From a virus (taxonomy: Duplodnaviria > Caudoviricetes): a stretch of 64,000 nucleotides of DNA. Below are positions 1 through 10,293 of this stretch, piece after piece. Within the stretch, counting starts at the first letter, position 1. Each line of letters opens with the position of its first letter. A program made the position numbers and the translations under genes. Location of the stretch: the IMG/VR virus record IMGVR_UViG_2799112568_000001, positions 3,857-67,856 of that record; one strand, 5' to 3'. Under the pieces are notes generated by a model that worked only from the letters and a program-made list of their open reading frames with translations, did no database searches and had not been told where the DNA came from.

Positions 1-3000
1 GATAAATTCATCCTTGATATCTTCTTTAAAATCAAAATACCCTAACGCTTCTTGGACAAGGTGTTCTGATTCTGTGCTGTAGAGATACTCGAGCCGTTCT
101 GATTGGCTACCTCGGAAAAACAGGTTTGCGATGTCTTTTAAGGGTTTCGCTATATCCAGGCAAGAGCATATTACTTCCGCTATAGCAAAAGAAAATTTTT
201 GATTGTGTTTCATCAGGTTTAATGAGAAATCATAAGGGACTTTTATATATGCTTTACGCTTTTCGCAAACAATATACTCATAATCATCCAGCCGGACTTG
301 GAATTTACTGTTATATAAAGCTGTTATTTCAGAACACAAGCAAATATTAATTGAAAGCATTTTTCTTGCTTCGTCCCGAATATCTGTTTTGGATGACAAA
401 TCTTTTAATCTATAAATAAAGCATAAGGGGAGAAACTCCTTGAAATCTCGCCCGAATGTTGATGAATCGTTATGAAGAATCGGTTCCCCAACCGGCTCCC
501 CATGAATTCTCAATTCTTTAACACCGAATACTTTTTGAACCTTTGCGACACTTTCTCTTGTATCAAGGCAAATGGTATTAAAATTATTCAAGACCTGTCG
601 GCTGATACCTTTTTCTGCTAAATAGTAGGTTTCTTTAATCGGTTTATATCCATTATTTGTATAAACCATTCCCTGCTCTAAAAAAGCTTTTCTTTCATCA
701 CATTCAATTGTCTTTGAATCAAAGTCTTTCTCAAGCAAACATGAATACAAAGATTTTGCTATTGATGATGATTCTTCAATTTCGCACAAATGCATTAACA
801 CACTGTAGATTTTACTGACAGGCAAATCGTCAAATTCGTTTAATCCTTCTTTAACGCCTAAATCTTTAAAAATTCGTTTGTATTCTTTTCTGACAGTGCT
901 TTTGTTCTCGTCAATGTTTTTTATATAGTCATCTATGTCCGGAGAAACTAAGTGTGGAGCAAGATTACAATTGCTGTTAAGGATTAAACAATCGTCTATA
1001 TTATATCTCTTGTCATCAACTTGTATCCAGGGAACGGTGCAAAACAAATAATAAATATATGAGTATGGTTTCTTTATTTCATCTATTCTTTGAAATCGGC
1101 TGATTTTATTTCCCCAAAGCACATTAACGCTACTGGTTGTTGCTTCGTGCTTTGTTGTTAACATACTCCTTAAAGAATCATCATTCCTAATCCATTCTAT
1201 TATATCTGTGGTTCTGCTGGTTTTTAAGATTTTTTCAAGATTCTCAATTGAAGATCTTTCATATTCGACTTCTGTTATTGCCTTTGAAAAAGCGGAACTT
1301 GTTTTATAAGAATCGTTTCCGATTTTATATGGGTATTTTAGTTCTTCAACCAGTTTACATATAAAATCTCTGTCTTTGCCTCCATACCACCATGAATTAT
1401 GGATGCTGACAGATTCTTTGATTAATCGCGGCAGAGAATCTATACCAAGTTTTTCAAGGAATTCATTTATTAATTCCGTCGGTTGATTCCCAATTATTTC
1501 GTGAATATCGGCGGCAAAGTCAGCTGAGCCGACTTTACCGAGAAGATTGTCACATAAATCATAACCGTATTCTTTGCCTAAATAAAGGGTGCTCGATTTT
1601 TTGTATGTTTTTTTCCTTGTGTAAAACAATATATCAATCGTGGTGCTGTCATCTGATAAGACTATATCTCGATTGTCCCAAAGCCACTTTATAATTTTAT
1701 CCCAGTAAGGCTTGGTCTTTTTTTTGCTACTGATTGTTATGTTTAATAACTCTATTATTTCATCAGAATTGTATTCTTTTATACCTAAAGCATCAAAGTA
1801 TTTAAGTGCTTCATCTTTATCATCAAAAATATTCCGAAGAAGATATTCCCTCATAAATGAGTTAAGAAACTCAACTTTTACAAACTCCGGCAGTTTTGAA
1901 ATACTGAGTCCTTCATCTAAGAAAAAAATCGGTATGCCAAAAGGAATGAGTTCATAATCTTCATTAAAAAAGAATGCCGGCATATCATTTGGGTTGGCGT
2001 TTTTGTTAATGTTCCAAGAAAACTCATCTTTAAATGCTTTTGCTGTTCGAGCTATATGCCTTATTTTTTCTTTATTGCCTTCGATATTATCTGTTTTGAC
2101 ATTTTGTCTCTTAACCCAAGCCTTTACTATTTTGCAGGCATTTTCAAATGAAAATTTATAATCATCTGGGTCTACCGGAAACAAATCATAAATAAAACTG
2201 CTTAAATCTTCTTCTTCCTCAGTATCAAAATCTAAAAGAACTCTGTCAAAATCTTTACCCCTTAAGTATTTAGAAAGACCGGTATTATACCACACAGGCT
2301 GATATGTCATCGGTATATATTTTCCGTTGACATTTGGAAGAATCGGCTTTTTAGTTGCGCTGTCCAAAAGATAATCTTCAAATTTATAATCTTTGGATAA
2401 ATCAACAGGAAGTTTGCTGTCGTTAATAAGCAGTTTGCAAATTTCATAATCAGCACGTTTTTTTTGTGCAATTTTAATAGCAATATCGACCATAAAACCA
2501 GCTGCCGCTTTTAATATGGTTTTATTTGCGTCCGAATCTTTGGCTAAATGGTTTCTGTTTTGATCAAGAGAAAAACTGGCATGCAAAAGAAACGGATATG
2601 GAAATACAACATCCGTTTTAAAATAACTATATAAAAATTGTTCATCTTCATCTATTCCCTGATCACAATAAGCTAAGGAAATAATATATGCCTTTTCTTT
2701 CGGCTTTCCGTTATCATCAGTATCAAGATTGTCTATTGTTGTGCCGGTTTTTGTTCGGACATGCCATTCTTTTTCACTTACAATACAATTATTAACTGTT
2801 TTGGAAAGGACAACGCTATTTTTCTTTTTCTTTTTTGAATAAACAACTGAGTATTCATCCGTGTCAATAGACAATATTTCTGTTCGATTCAGGAAAAGAA
2901 GAATATTTTCATCAAGATTTTTTATCTGATTAATAATCTCTTTGTGTTTCCCTTTTTTAACTTTTAGGGAAATAGTTGTTGTATATTCACTTGCTTTTTT

Positions 3001-3519
3001 TTCACCTATCCATTCGGGAAAAGCTAATGTGGGAGCTTTTTTGTTTTTTACAGGTTCCTTATATTTTGATAATATATCGTTCATTACGGATTTAGCATAA
3101 TCCTCAGAAAAACGAACATGCAAATCTCCGCTGTGAATGGTAATTTCATTTGCCCAGTTTAATACAGATCGGAAGCCGGTCCCTTTGTTGCCGATAACTT
3201 CTTTTTGCCTTTCCCTTTTTGAACTGTTGTTAGAATACATTAAAGATATTATGCCGTCTTCAGTAAAAGGAGAACCATAATTTGAGATTGTTAAAACATC
3301 TTTTTTAAACGATATTTCAACTTTTTTATACTCAGATGATGCCTTTTTATCAATTTCATCATCAGCATTTTGCAACAATTCAAGAATTTCACGTCCGTGA
3401 TATGATTGCCAGTCTTTAGTTTCACGGTCATAGTCAGTTCCGACTTGGGCGTTTTCAGTTAAATAAATCGTCTTTTTATTCTCGTTTTTCTCAAGAATAA
3501 ATTTCTTCATTTTATTCAT
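1..3519 (-). CDS. Large sacsin N-terminal-like GHKL (HSP90-type) ATPase domain protein, >1170 aa, 3' end beyond the window
   Basis: Not in the ORF track; translated by hand at several points in one frame from ATG 3519 (or 3510): MNKMKKFILEKNENKK...GREILELLQNADDE...ISNYGSPFTEDG...IGNKGTGFRSVLNWA...FPYPFLLHASFSLDQNRNHL. The frame is also open at position 1 (LVQEALGYFDFKEDIKDEFI). ExxQNADD and GxKGxGFxSV are sacsin-type GHKL motifs. Confidence 0.8.
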   Translation of the reverse strand, partial: MNKMKKFILEKNENKKTIYLTENAQVGTDYDRETKDWQSYHGREILELLQNADDEIDKKASSEYKKVEISFKKDVLTISNYGSPFTEDGIISLMYSNNSSKRERQKEVIGNKGTGFRSVLNWANEITIHSGDLHVRFSEDYAKSVMNDILSKYKEPVKNKKAPTLAFPEWIGEKKASEYTTTISLKVKKGKHKEIINQIKNLDENILLFLNRTEILSIDTDEYSVVYSKKKKKNSVVLSKTVNNCIVSEKEWHVRTKTGTTIDNLDTDDNGKPKEKAYIISLAYCDQGIDEDEQFLYSYFKTDVVFPYPFLLHASFSLDQNRNHLAKDSDANKTILKAAAGFMVDIAIKIAQKKRADYEICKLLINDSKLPVDLSKDYKFEDYLLDSATKKPILPNVNGKYIPMTYQPVWYNTGLSKYLRGKDFDRVLLDFDTEEEEDLSSFIYDLFPVDPDDYKFSFENACKIVKAWVKRQNVKTDNIEGNKEKIRHIARTAKAFKDEFSWNINKNANPNDMPAFFFNEDYELIPFGIPIFFLDEGLSISKLPEFVKVEFLNSFMREYLLRNIFDDKDEALKYFDALGIKEYNSDEIIELLNITISSKKKTKPYWDKIIKWLWDNRDIVLSDDSTTIDILFYTRKKTYKKSSTLYLGKEYGYDLCDNLLGKVGSADFAADIHEIIGNQPTELINEFLEKLGIDSLPRLIKESVSIHNSWWYGGKDRDFICKLVEELKYPYKIGNDSYKTSSAFSKAITEVEYERSSIENLEKILKTSRTTDIIEWIRNDDSLRSMLTTKHEATTSSVNVLWGNKISRFQRIDEIKKPYSYIYYLFCTVPWIQVDDKRYNIDDCLILNSNCNLAPHLVSPDIDDYIKNIDENKSTVRKEYKRIFKDLGVKEGLNEFDDLPVSKIYSVLMHLCEIEESSSIAKSLYSCLLEKDFDSKTIECDERKAFLEQGMVYTNNGYKPIKETYYLAEKGISRQVLNNFNTICLDTRESVAKVQKVFGVKELRIHGEPVGEPILHNDSSTFGRDFKEFLPLCFIYRLKDLSSKTDIRDEARKMLSINICLCSEITALYNSKFQVRLDDYEYIVCEKRKAYIKVPYDFSLNLMKHNQKFSFAIAEVICSCLDIAKPLKDIANLFFRGSQSERLEYLYSTESEHLVQEALGYFDFKEDIKDEFI

Positions 3520-3602
3520 ATAAGAACCCCGGTAAAGTAAGTTTATAATACTTCAATTATAATATCCTGTTGCTTTGTTATTTTTCGTCGCATTTAAACA
3601 AA

Positions 3603-6600
3603 TTACGCCGAAATCCAGCCATAGCCCTGAACTGCCATGTCAATAAAGTGATTCAACAGAAGCATTGCCTTCGAGTTGAACGAAACAATATCATAGCTGT
3701 CGGGTAAATCATGGTCGAGAGAATCTTTGATTTCGCTTTCGATTTTCTTCACCGGCTGTTCATCTCTGTACCAGTCAACAACAAACAGTTCGGCTTTCTT
3801 TTCGGTCAATTTCTTATAAAGATTCTTTGCAGAAAGCTTAACTATCTGCTCTTCTGCCTTCGTGAGCTTTTTGCCGACAATAAGCAAATCGTATAGTTCC
3901 AGCTCTTCCTCGGTCAAGCCCTCGGTCTGAGCTCGGTTATCCTCTTCTTTAAGGTCATTTATGAGCTGAATCAACTGCTCATAGTAATCCTCATTCTCGC
4001 TGCCTCCGGCGTTATAGCGGTCAATAATACCCTTATATCTTTGCGAGAACTGCATTCTGGTAATATTTTTATTTATCATCTGCTCAAGCGCTCTTTCAAG
4101 AAATGCTTTGAGGTCATCAATCTCAATTGCTTTGTATTTTGCCTGGCGTATTTCTTTTCTGAGTTCTTCAGCATCAATGCTTGAAAGATTAATAAACTTA
4201 TCCTGATGAATTACAATTTCCTGCTGGTCTTCGGTTTTTGCCGCTTCAACGCTGTAATCAAGCACCGTCTGCATACGGATACGCGCTTCTTTGACTTTTT
4301 CATCGTCAATGGTATGTTTCAGCAATCCGTGAATATATGCCAAAGGCGCAAATTTGCTGTTATACCAGTTTCTTTCAAATATCTCGGGCTTTGACGCTTC
4401 ATACAGGTTCATCAGTGTATTAAGTAGCACTTTTGCCTGAGTTTTGGTGTCATCATTTGCAACAATGGTGTTATAAACATCCCTGAGCAGATCAAGTCTG
4501 TCAAGGGTGTTTTCCTCTGCAATTATGCTGTCAATATCAATGCCGATTGATTTGAAATAAGAATCTGTTTCTTCTATTGTCGCATCAGTATATGCAATCA
4601 GCTGCGTAACATCTTTTGCAGGGAATTCATCGCTGTCATCACCTGTGGCATACTGCGACAGAGCGGTTTTCATAAATTTAAAAATGTTTACATAGTCAAC
4701 AATGATTCCGCAGGGCTTGTCAGGATATACTCTGTTTGCCCTTGCAATTGCCTGCATAAGGGTATGCCCCTTCATCGGCTTGTCAAGATAAAGGGTTGAA
4801 AGATTAGGCACATCAAAGCCGGTCAGCCACATTGCGCAAACAAAAACCAACTGAAGCGAATCATCCGGGTCTTTGAATCTGTCTTCAATATCCTTGCCTT
4901 CAGGCGTTATTTCATTCATCTTGGCGCGGTGAGATTCAATATCAAGGCCGTATGCCGTGAATTTGTCTTTCTCCTCGGCATCTTCCGATATTATTACTGC
5001 CATTTCTGCCTTGTTCATATAATCGAGAATGTCGGTTAACCTCTTGCGCTCATCAGCATCCGAAGTCTGATTGCGTTCTTTGATTATATCTTGCTTTTCA
5101 ATCGCCCAGTAATGCTGAACTTTGTCATACATTTTAACAGCGGTATATTTATCAACAGATACAACCATGCCTTTTCCCATAAATCCGCGTCTCGGAAAGT
5201 GATGGGCAATATCTCTGGCAATTTTATCAAGGCGGTCTTCGCGCTTGATTACCTCAAGCACTCTTGCCTGTGAGTTTTCAAGCAGACCGATTTCGTCTTC
5301 GTTAAGTTCAAGATCTTCAATAATGCTTTTAACATCATCATCGATAAAATCGTTTGTCAGCCATACTTCAGGAACCCTGCGTGAATAGAACAGCGGAACT
5401 GTTGAACCGTCTTCAATGCTCTGCGCAAAGTTATATTCCGAAACATAGTTGCCAAACCATTGATTTGTAAGGCGTTTTGCTCCGAGAAGCGGAGTTCCGG
5501 TAAACGCTACATAGTTTGCGTTCGGCATTGAGCGGCGCATATTTTCGGCAAGGTCTTTATACTGCGTTCTGTGCGCTTCATCAACAAGAACAAATATGTC
5601 ATCCCTGTCTGTCAACTTCGGGTATTTCTCGCCCTTGTCGGTTCTGAATTTATGTATCAGTGTAAATATGAACGGCTTGTTTGACTGCAGATATTCCCTG
5701 AGTTGCTTCGCGTTTTTTGGCTGGCATTCTTCTTTCGGACCGATTACATCTGTTCTTACAAAGGTCTTGTGAATCTGATTGTCAAGATCTTCTCTGTCTG
5801 TAATAACAACAAATGTGAAGTTACCTGGTATTTTGCGCTTGACTTTGCGGGCAAACATAACCATTGAGAATGATTTGCCGCTGCCCTGTGTGTGCCAGAA
5901 AACGCCGAGCTTGCCTTCGAGTTCTTTTCTGTTTTTGACCGATTCCATAAGATTGTTAACGCCGAGGAACTGATGGTTCTTCGCGATAATCTTTATGCTC
6001 TGATTCTGAAAAATGATGAAGTTCTCAATATAATCAATCAGGCGGTCTCTGCGAAGCAAGCCGTCAATGAAATATTTAACAGAGCTCTCGCCCACATCAT
6101 CGGCATTGCGAATCGCTTTTCTGTTGGGCTTCTCTTTTTCGCTGTCAACCTTCAGCCATTCAAAAAAGTATTCATATTTTGCATTGAATGCGCCGAGCCG
6201 GGTCTCAAGTCCGTTTGACAGCACACAAATCTGATTGAAAGCAAACAGATTCGGTATATCTTTTTTGTAATTAGTCAGGTTGTCATTATATGCGTCGCGG
6301 ACTTTAACAATGCTGTTTTTAAGTTCAATAAACACAAGCGGCATACCGTTTACAAAAATAAGCACGTCGGGTCTGCGCCAATATACTTTGCCCTGAATCC
6401 ACATCTGCGAAACAGCGGTAAAAGTGTTATTCTCGGGGTTTTCAAAGTCAATGAGTTTTACAAAATCAAAATCTTCTTTTCCGTTGCGGCGAACCTTGAT
6501 TTGTATGCTGTTTCTTATCTGATTATAGAGCTTGTAATTGACAGCGGTTATATCCCGACCTGTGAAATCTACGGTCAGGGTTTTAACAACTTCATTCAGT

Positions 6601-6818
6601 TTTTCATCCTCAATACCGGGATTGATTCTTCGCAGAGATTTTTTCAGAACTTCCGGCAGAACACACTGCCTTTTGTTGGTGCGGTATGTTCCGTCATCGG
6701 GATCTTCTCTGTGAACAGGGTCGGGGTCGCAGCGAATGATATCGTAGCAAAACGGTGCGGCTTCAAGTTTTTCAAGTATCGCCTGCTCAATATCGTCTTC
6801 GGATATGAAGTTGCTCAT
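3603..6818 (-). CDS. hsdR: Type I restriction endonuclease subunit R
   Basis: Nuclease motif PDVLIFVNGMPLVFIELK, Walker A HTQGSGKS, DEAH box, SF2 motifs MWLTGFDVP and QAIARANR. Start taken at MSNFISEDD (track start 6842 is an alternative). Confidence 0.96.
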   Translation of the reverse strand: MSNFISEDDIEQAILEKLEAAPFCYDIIRCDPDPVHREDPDDGTYRTNKRQCVLPEVLKKSLRRINPGIEDEKLNEVVKTLTVDFTGRDITAVNYKLYNQIRNSIQIKVRRNGKEDFDFVKLIDFENPENNTFTAVSQMWIQGKVYWRRPDVLIFVNGMPLVFIELKNSIVKVRDAYNDNLTNYKKDIPNLFAFNQICVLSNGLETRLGAFNAKYEYFFEWLKVDSEKEKPNRKAIRNADDVGESSVKYFIDGLLRRDRLIDYIENFIIFQNQSIKIIAKNHQFLGVNNLMESVKNRKELEGKLGVFWHTQGSGKSFSMVMFARKVKRKIPGNFTFVVITDREDLDNQIHKTFVRTDVIGPKEECQPKNAKQLREYLQSNKPFIFTLIHKFRTDKGEKYPKLTDRDDIFVLVDEAHRTQYKDLAENMRRSMPNANYVAFTGTPLLGAKRLTNQWFGNYVSEYNFAQSIEDGSTVPLFYSRRVPEVWLTNDFIDDDVKSIIEDLELNEDEIGLLENSQARVLEVIKREDRLDKIARDIAHHFPRRGFMGKGMVVSVDKYTAVKMYDKVQHYWAIEKQDIIKERNQTSDADERKRLTDILDYMNKAEMAVIISEDAEEKDKFTAYGLDIESHRAKMNEITPEGKDIEDRFKDPDDSLQLVFVCAMWLTGFDVPNLSTLYLDKPMKGHTLMQAIARANRVYPDKPCGIIVDYVNIFKFMKTALSQYATGDDSDEFPAKDVTQLIAYTDATIEETDSYFKSIGIDIDSIIAEENTLDRLDLLRDVYNTIVANDDTKTQAKVLLNTLMNLYEASKPEIFERNWYNSKFAPLAYIHGLLKHTIDDEKVKEARIRMQTVLDYSVEAAKTEDQQEIVIHQDKFINLSSIDAEELRKEIRQAKYKAIEIDDLKAFLERALEQMINKNITRMQFSQRYKGIIDRYNAGGSENEDYYEQLIQLINDLKEEDNRAQTEGLTEEELELYDLLIVGKKLTKAEEQIVKLSAKNLYKKLTEKKAELFVVDWYRDEQPVKKIESEIKDSLDHDLPDSYDIVSFNSKAMLLLNHFIDMAVQGYGWISA

Positions 6819-6838
6819 AAGAAATTCTCCGTTTAAAC

Positions 6839-7858
6839 TCAATTTATAAATGAATCAATCAAAGCTATAAATTCATTAATCTCAGAAAAATAATTTGGAT
6901 ATGCTTTCTTTAACATTGAAAACGAAGTGGTTGAAACAAGCACTATATCCTCGTTTGCTTTTCTGGTTTTTTCAGCCCTGTCATATTCAAGTGTTGCCTG
7001 TTCAAGTGCATTCTTTTTAAAAGATTTAATAGACAATTGATTTGTATCTCTATCTAAAATCAACACATAATATCCTTGATCAAGTGTTTCAGAACTATCT
7101 ACATAACCTACAGCTTCTTTAATACTTTTTAACTTTCTTAAAACCTCATATTTTTCCTCATATTTAATAAACTCTTGTATAATACTCGACCGTTTAACAG
7201 CTTCAACTTTTTGACCGTTAGTTTCATATATTTCTAATAACTTTGAAACCGAGATAAAAAACTGTCTGTTATATGGATCGCCTTGACCTATCTTTAATGG
7301 ATCTCCGGTAAAAGTATCCATTGTTTCAACTGCAGTTGCCCATAAGTGTTGTACATGTGTGCGGATTTGTATCTCAATAAATAGACCGTTATATTTTGGA
7401 TTTCGGTCACTGTTGTATGAATAAACAATATGATAGCTTCTGTACCCATCATCCTTTGGAGTTTTTATGTAGTCATATTCTTCCTTCAGTTTGTGTCGCA
7501 TTCTCGATTTCTTTAAAGACTCAACCATATTGTAGACTTCATCAGTAGTATTGAAAATAACTCTGCACCCACCAATGTCTTGCATGGTAGTTAAACTCAT
7601 ATTAGGGAATCTATATAGTTTTTGCGTAATTGAATACAAACGTTTTAATCTTTGGGCTACAACAGCATCCTCACCCGCTGTTTTCTTGACATGCATATAG
7701 ATTATTTGCAAAGGAAAAGCGTGGGCTGCACGCCAATTATTAATTAGAGTAAGCGCATAATCTTTTTCAGACTTTGAAGATTCATCTGAAACAAACACTT
7801 TCCCCGCTTTTTTTATTTGTGTTTTGGGAAATCTTATTTCTTCATAATTGTGAGACAT
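6839..7858 (-). CDS. capRel: RelA/SpoT synthetase-domain protein with C-terminal YXXY motif; CapRel-like fused toxin-antitoxin
   Basis: Intact SYNTH motifs QRLKRLYS, MQDIGGCR, GYRSYH, EIQIRT; no hydrolase domain. A C-terminal extension of ~130 aa ends KAYPNYF (Y320-P-N-Y323, nt 6890-6901), matching the YXXY switch described for CapRel. RelA/SpoT call is firm; CapRel assignment is motif-based. Confidence 0.72.
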   Translation of the reverse strand: MSHNYEEIRFPKTQIKKAGKVFVSDESSKSEKDYALTLINNWRAAHAFPLQIIYMHVKKTAGEDAVVAQRLKRLYSITQKLYRFPNMSLTTMQDIGGCRVIFNTTDEVYNMVESLKKSRMRHKLKEEYDYIKTPKDDGYRSYHIVYSYNSDRNPKYNGLFIEIQIRTHVQHLWATAVETMDTFTGDPLKIGQGDPYNRQFFISVSKLLEIYETNGQKVEAVKRSSIIQEFIKYEEKYEVLRKLKSIKEAVGYVDSSETLDQGYYVLILDRDTNQLSIKSFKKNALEQATLEYDRAEKTRKANEDIVLVSTTSFSMLKKAYPNYFSEINEFIALIDSFIN

Positions 7859-9023
7859 TTTTTACCTCCAGTTTACCACTCATCAGGCGCGGCAAAAGTA
7901 AATCTCGTTGTTTTGTTAAGTCCATATTTATTTTATATAGTGTGTTTTTTTGAATCATTATATTCCTAAGAATATCATTTGCTTTTTTCATAGTGTTATC
8001 ATCAGCAACTAAAACCATTATTTTTTTCAAGTGTCTGTCTCCAAGGTGGCTTACGGTAGTCCCAGATAATGTCTGTTCCCAAAACTTAATTTGAGAATAA
8101 ATTGAAAGATAGAGCCAATAATTGCAAACTTTGACACTCTTACTATCTAATTCAACTACTCGTTGATTTAAAAAGGCCCTTTTTCCACTCCATAAACACA
8201 TATGGAATATTCCATCCATACCTATTAGAATCGCATTTTCTTTTATTAAATACTTATCATCACATAACTCAGGGGTAAAAGTTTTTGTATCGTTTTTAGG
8301 GATGTCTCTTATTCTGACAACAGCATTGAGAGTTTCATCATCTGTGAATGCGTCTGAAGAAAATGAGTATCCATAAGTAACATTAGCAACATCAAAAAGA
8401 TTTGAATACTCCCATCCCTTTGGAATTCCATTCTCAAACTCTGCCGATTCATACCCGGGAAAGCGGAAACGGACAAACCACTCCTTATACATTTCTTCGG
8501 CCATCTGCTCAAGAACCTTAATGCGTTTGTTGTTGATCTCGATAAGTGAATCATAGTTTGAAAGAACAGAAACAATGCTCTTTTGGTATTCTATAGCCGG
8601 AAAATCCCATTTGATTTTTTTTATAAAACCAAGGTCGGCACGCTGTCTGCCGCTTGCACCAGTCATACTGTTAGCGGCAAGTTGCCTCATATGTTTCATT
8701 CTAAGCAGATAGTAAATATAATCAGTGTCCGTAACTCCATCTATGCCACGAAAAACAAACAGTTCAGTTGAGCCAAATCCTTTTTTGCCATTGGTTTTTG
8801 CTACTGCCATCTTTCCATTTTCAAGGCAGGGGGTTATACGAGCAAACAAAACATCATTATCTTCAAATTTTGCTCCACTCTGACCGGTGTATTCAATTTC
8901 TTCATCACTTTTAACAGGTTTAAATCCCGGATTGATCTTATCAATATCAACCAAAGGGTATTTTTCACCTTTTATAAGTTTAACAGAAGGATTACAGTTT
9001 ACTTTTTCGCCAAATCTATCCAT
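7842..9023 (-). CDS. hsdS: Type I RM specificity subunit
   Basis: Two TRDs (FARITPCLENGK...GSTEL; VVRIRDI...LNQRV) separated and followed by helical conserved regions (YQKSIVSVLSNYDSLIE...WFVRFRFPG; RDLLLPRLMSGKLEV); sits between hsdM and hsdR. Confidence 0.95.
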   Translation of the reverse strand: MDRFGEKVNCNPSVKLIKGEKYPLVDIDKINPGFKPVKSDEEIEYTGQSGAKFEDNDVLFARITPCLENGKMAVAKTNGKKGFGSTELFVFRGIDGVTDTDYIYYLLRMKHMRQLAANSMTGASGRQRADLGFIKKIKWDFPAIEYQKSIVSVLSNYDSLIEINNKRIKVLEQMAEEMYKEWFVRFRFPGYESAEFENGIPKGWEYSNLFDVANVTYGYSFSSDAFTDDETLNAVVRIRDIPKNDTKTFTPELCDDKYLIKENAILIGMDGIFHMCLWSGKRAFLNQRVVELDSKSVKVCNYWLYLSIYSQIKFWEQTLSGTTVSHLGDRHLKKIMVLVADDNTMKKANDILRNIMIQKNTLYKINMDLTKQRDLLLPRLMSGKLEVKNVSQL

Positions 9024-9026
9024 AGA

Positions 9027-10220
9027 TTACTCACCAAACAAAGCTTTTAAATTTTTGCCAATCTGGGTTTCAAGTTCTTTTGCTTCTGCATTCAACGCTT
9101 CATATTCTGTGTTCAACCCAAGCATGGTTTCTTTGAACGCTTCTGCTGTCATTCCGTCATCTTCAATAACAACGCCTACATAACGGCCTGCATTCAGCGA
9201 ATAATCCTGATCGGCAATGCTGTCTTCCTCTATAATTTCAATCGGATTACCGTCTTTATCAAGTTTAGGTTCACCGTTTTCATCAAGCTCATAAGAGATG
9301 CCGAGAGTAGCGACTTTGCATAAACCGATTACATCACGGTATTTGCCGTCAGGGAAACGCTCGGTGAGCCAGTTAATCTGCGCCTGCCAGTATGATTTGG
9401 TTTTAACTTCTTTATCATCTGATTCTTCGGGTGCTTCCGACATAGCGGCTTTATACTCTTCAATCAGCGCTTTGAGCGCTCCGGAGTCGCCTTTGTAAAG
9501 ACGGGTAATAATACCGAGATTTTTAATCTGCTCGTCGCTGAATTTGCGGTGCGCTCTGTCAACCTGTGTGAACACATTTCTCGCGTCAATAAAGAGTATT
9601 TCATCGTTTTTGTCGGTATGGGGCTTTTGTTTATCAAAGAACCAGAGTGTCGCAGGCAGTGTTACGGTTGAAAACATATTTGAGGGCAGAGTAACCATCT
9701 GACTGATGATTCCTTCTTCGATCATCTTCTTGCGGATTTCATATTCACTCTTGCCCGCGTCGGAAGCGGAGTTTGCCATAACGAGCGCGGCTCTGCCGTT
9801 TTCATTCAGGGCAGTTGCAAAATAGCCTATCCACAGATAGTTGGCGTTCGGCACGGTTTCTTTTTTATCCGACTTTTTCTTTGATGAATTAGAAGAATTT
9901 CTCGGCACACCGTATGTGTTGAATCTGGCATCATCAATAACCCTGTCAAATGTTACTTCATCCACATTGAACGGCGGATTTGCCATTACGTAGTCAAATG
10001 CGCCGACAGCATTATATGGGTCTGCATAAAATGAGTTTGCCTCGGTTATTTCGCCGCGGACATTATTGAGAAGAAGATTCATTTTGGCAAGTTTTACTGT
10101 ATCGGGTTCTTTTTCAACACCGTAGCAGCGGAAGCTCATCTGCTCCGCTTCACTGGCATTATGATTGTGCATATATCTTGCAGACTGAACAAACATACCG
10201 CCCGAACCGCAGGCGGGGTC
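9027..10220 (-). pseudogene. hsdM: 3' fragment (~397 codons) of type I RM methyltransferase, interrupted by the prophage at motif I
   Basis: Begins abruptly at DPACGSGGMF (motif I) and contains ANPPFN (motif IV). The upstream 34 codons of track ORF 9027..10322 are att-arm and terminator DNA, not an HsdM N-terminal domain. Confidence 0.88.
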
Positions 10221-10245
10221 TATAAAGACGCTATCTTTGATACAA
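10219..10245. other. Left attachment junction: TC core plus phage arm TATAAAGACGCTATCTTTGATACAA
   Basis: The arm matches the reverse complement of 63972-63996 at 18/25 positions (TATAAA....TTGATACAA). The core coincides with the hsdM break point. Confidence 0.85.
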
Positions 10246-10293
10246 ACAGAAAAAGCCTTCTCCGACACATAAGTGCCGAAAAAGGCGTAAAAT

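Noticed and set aside
1712-1957. 81-aa plus-strand ORF
   Set aside because: Antisense to the large sacsin-like gene; no RBS or recognisable motif.
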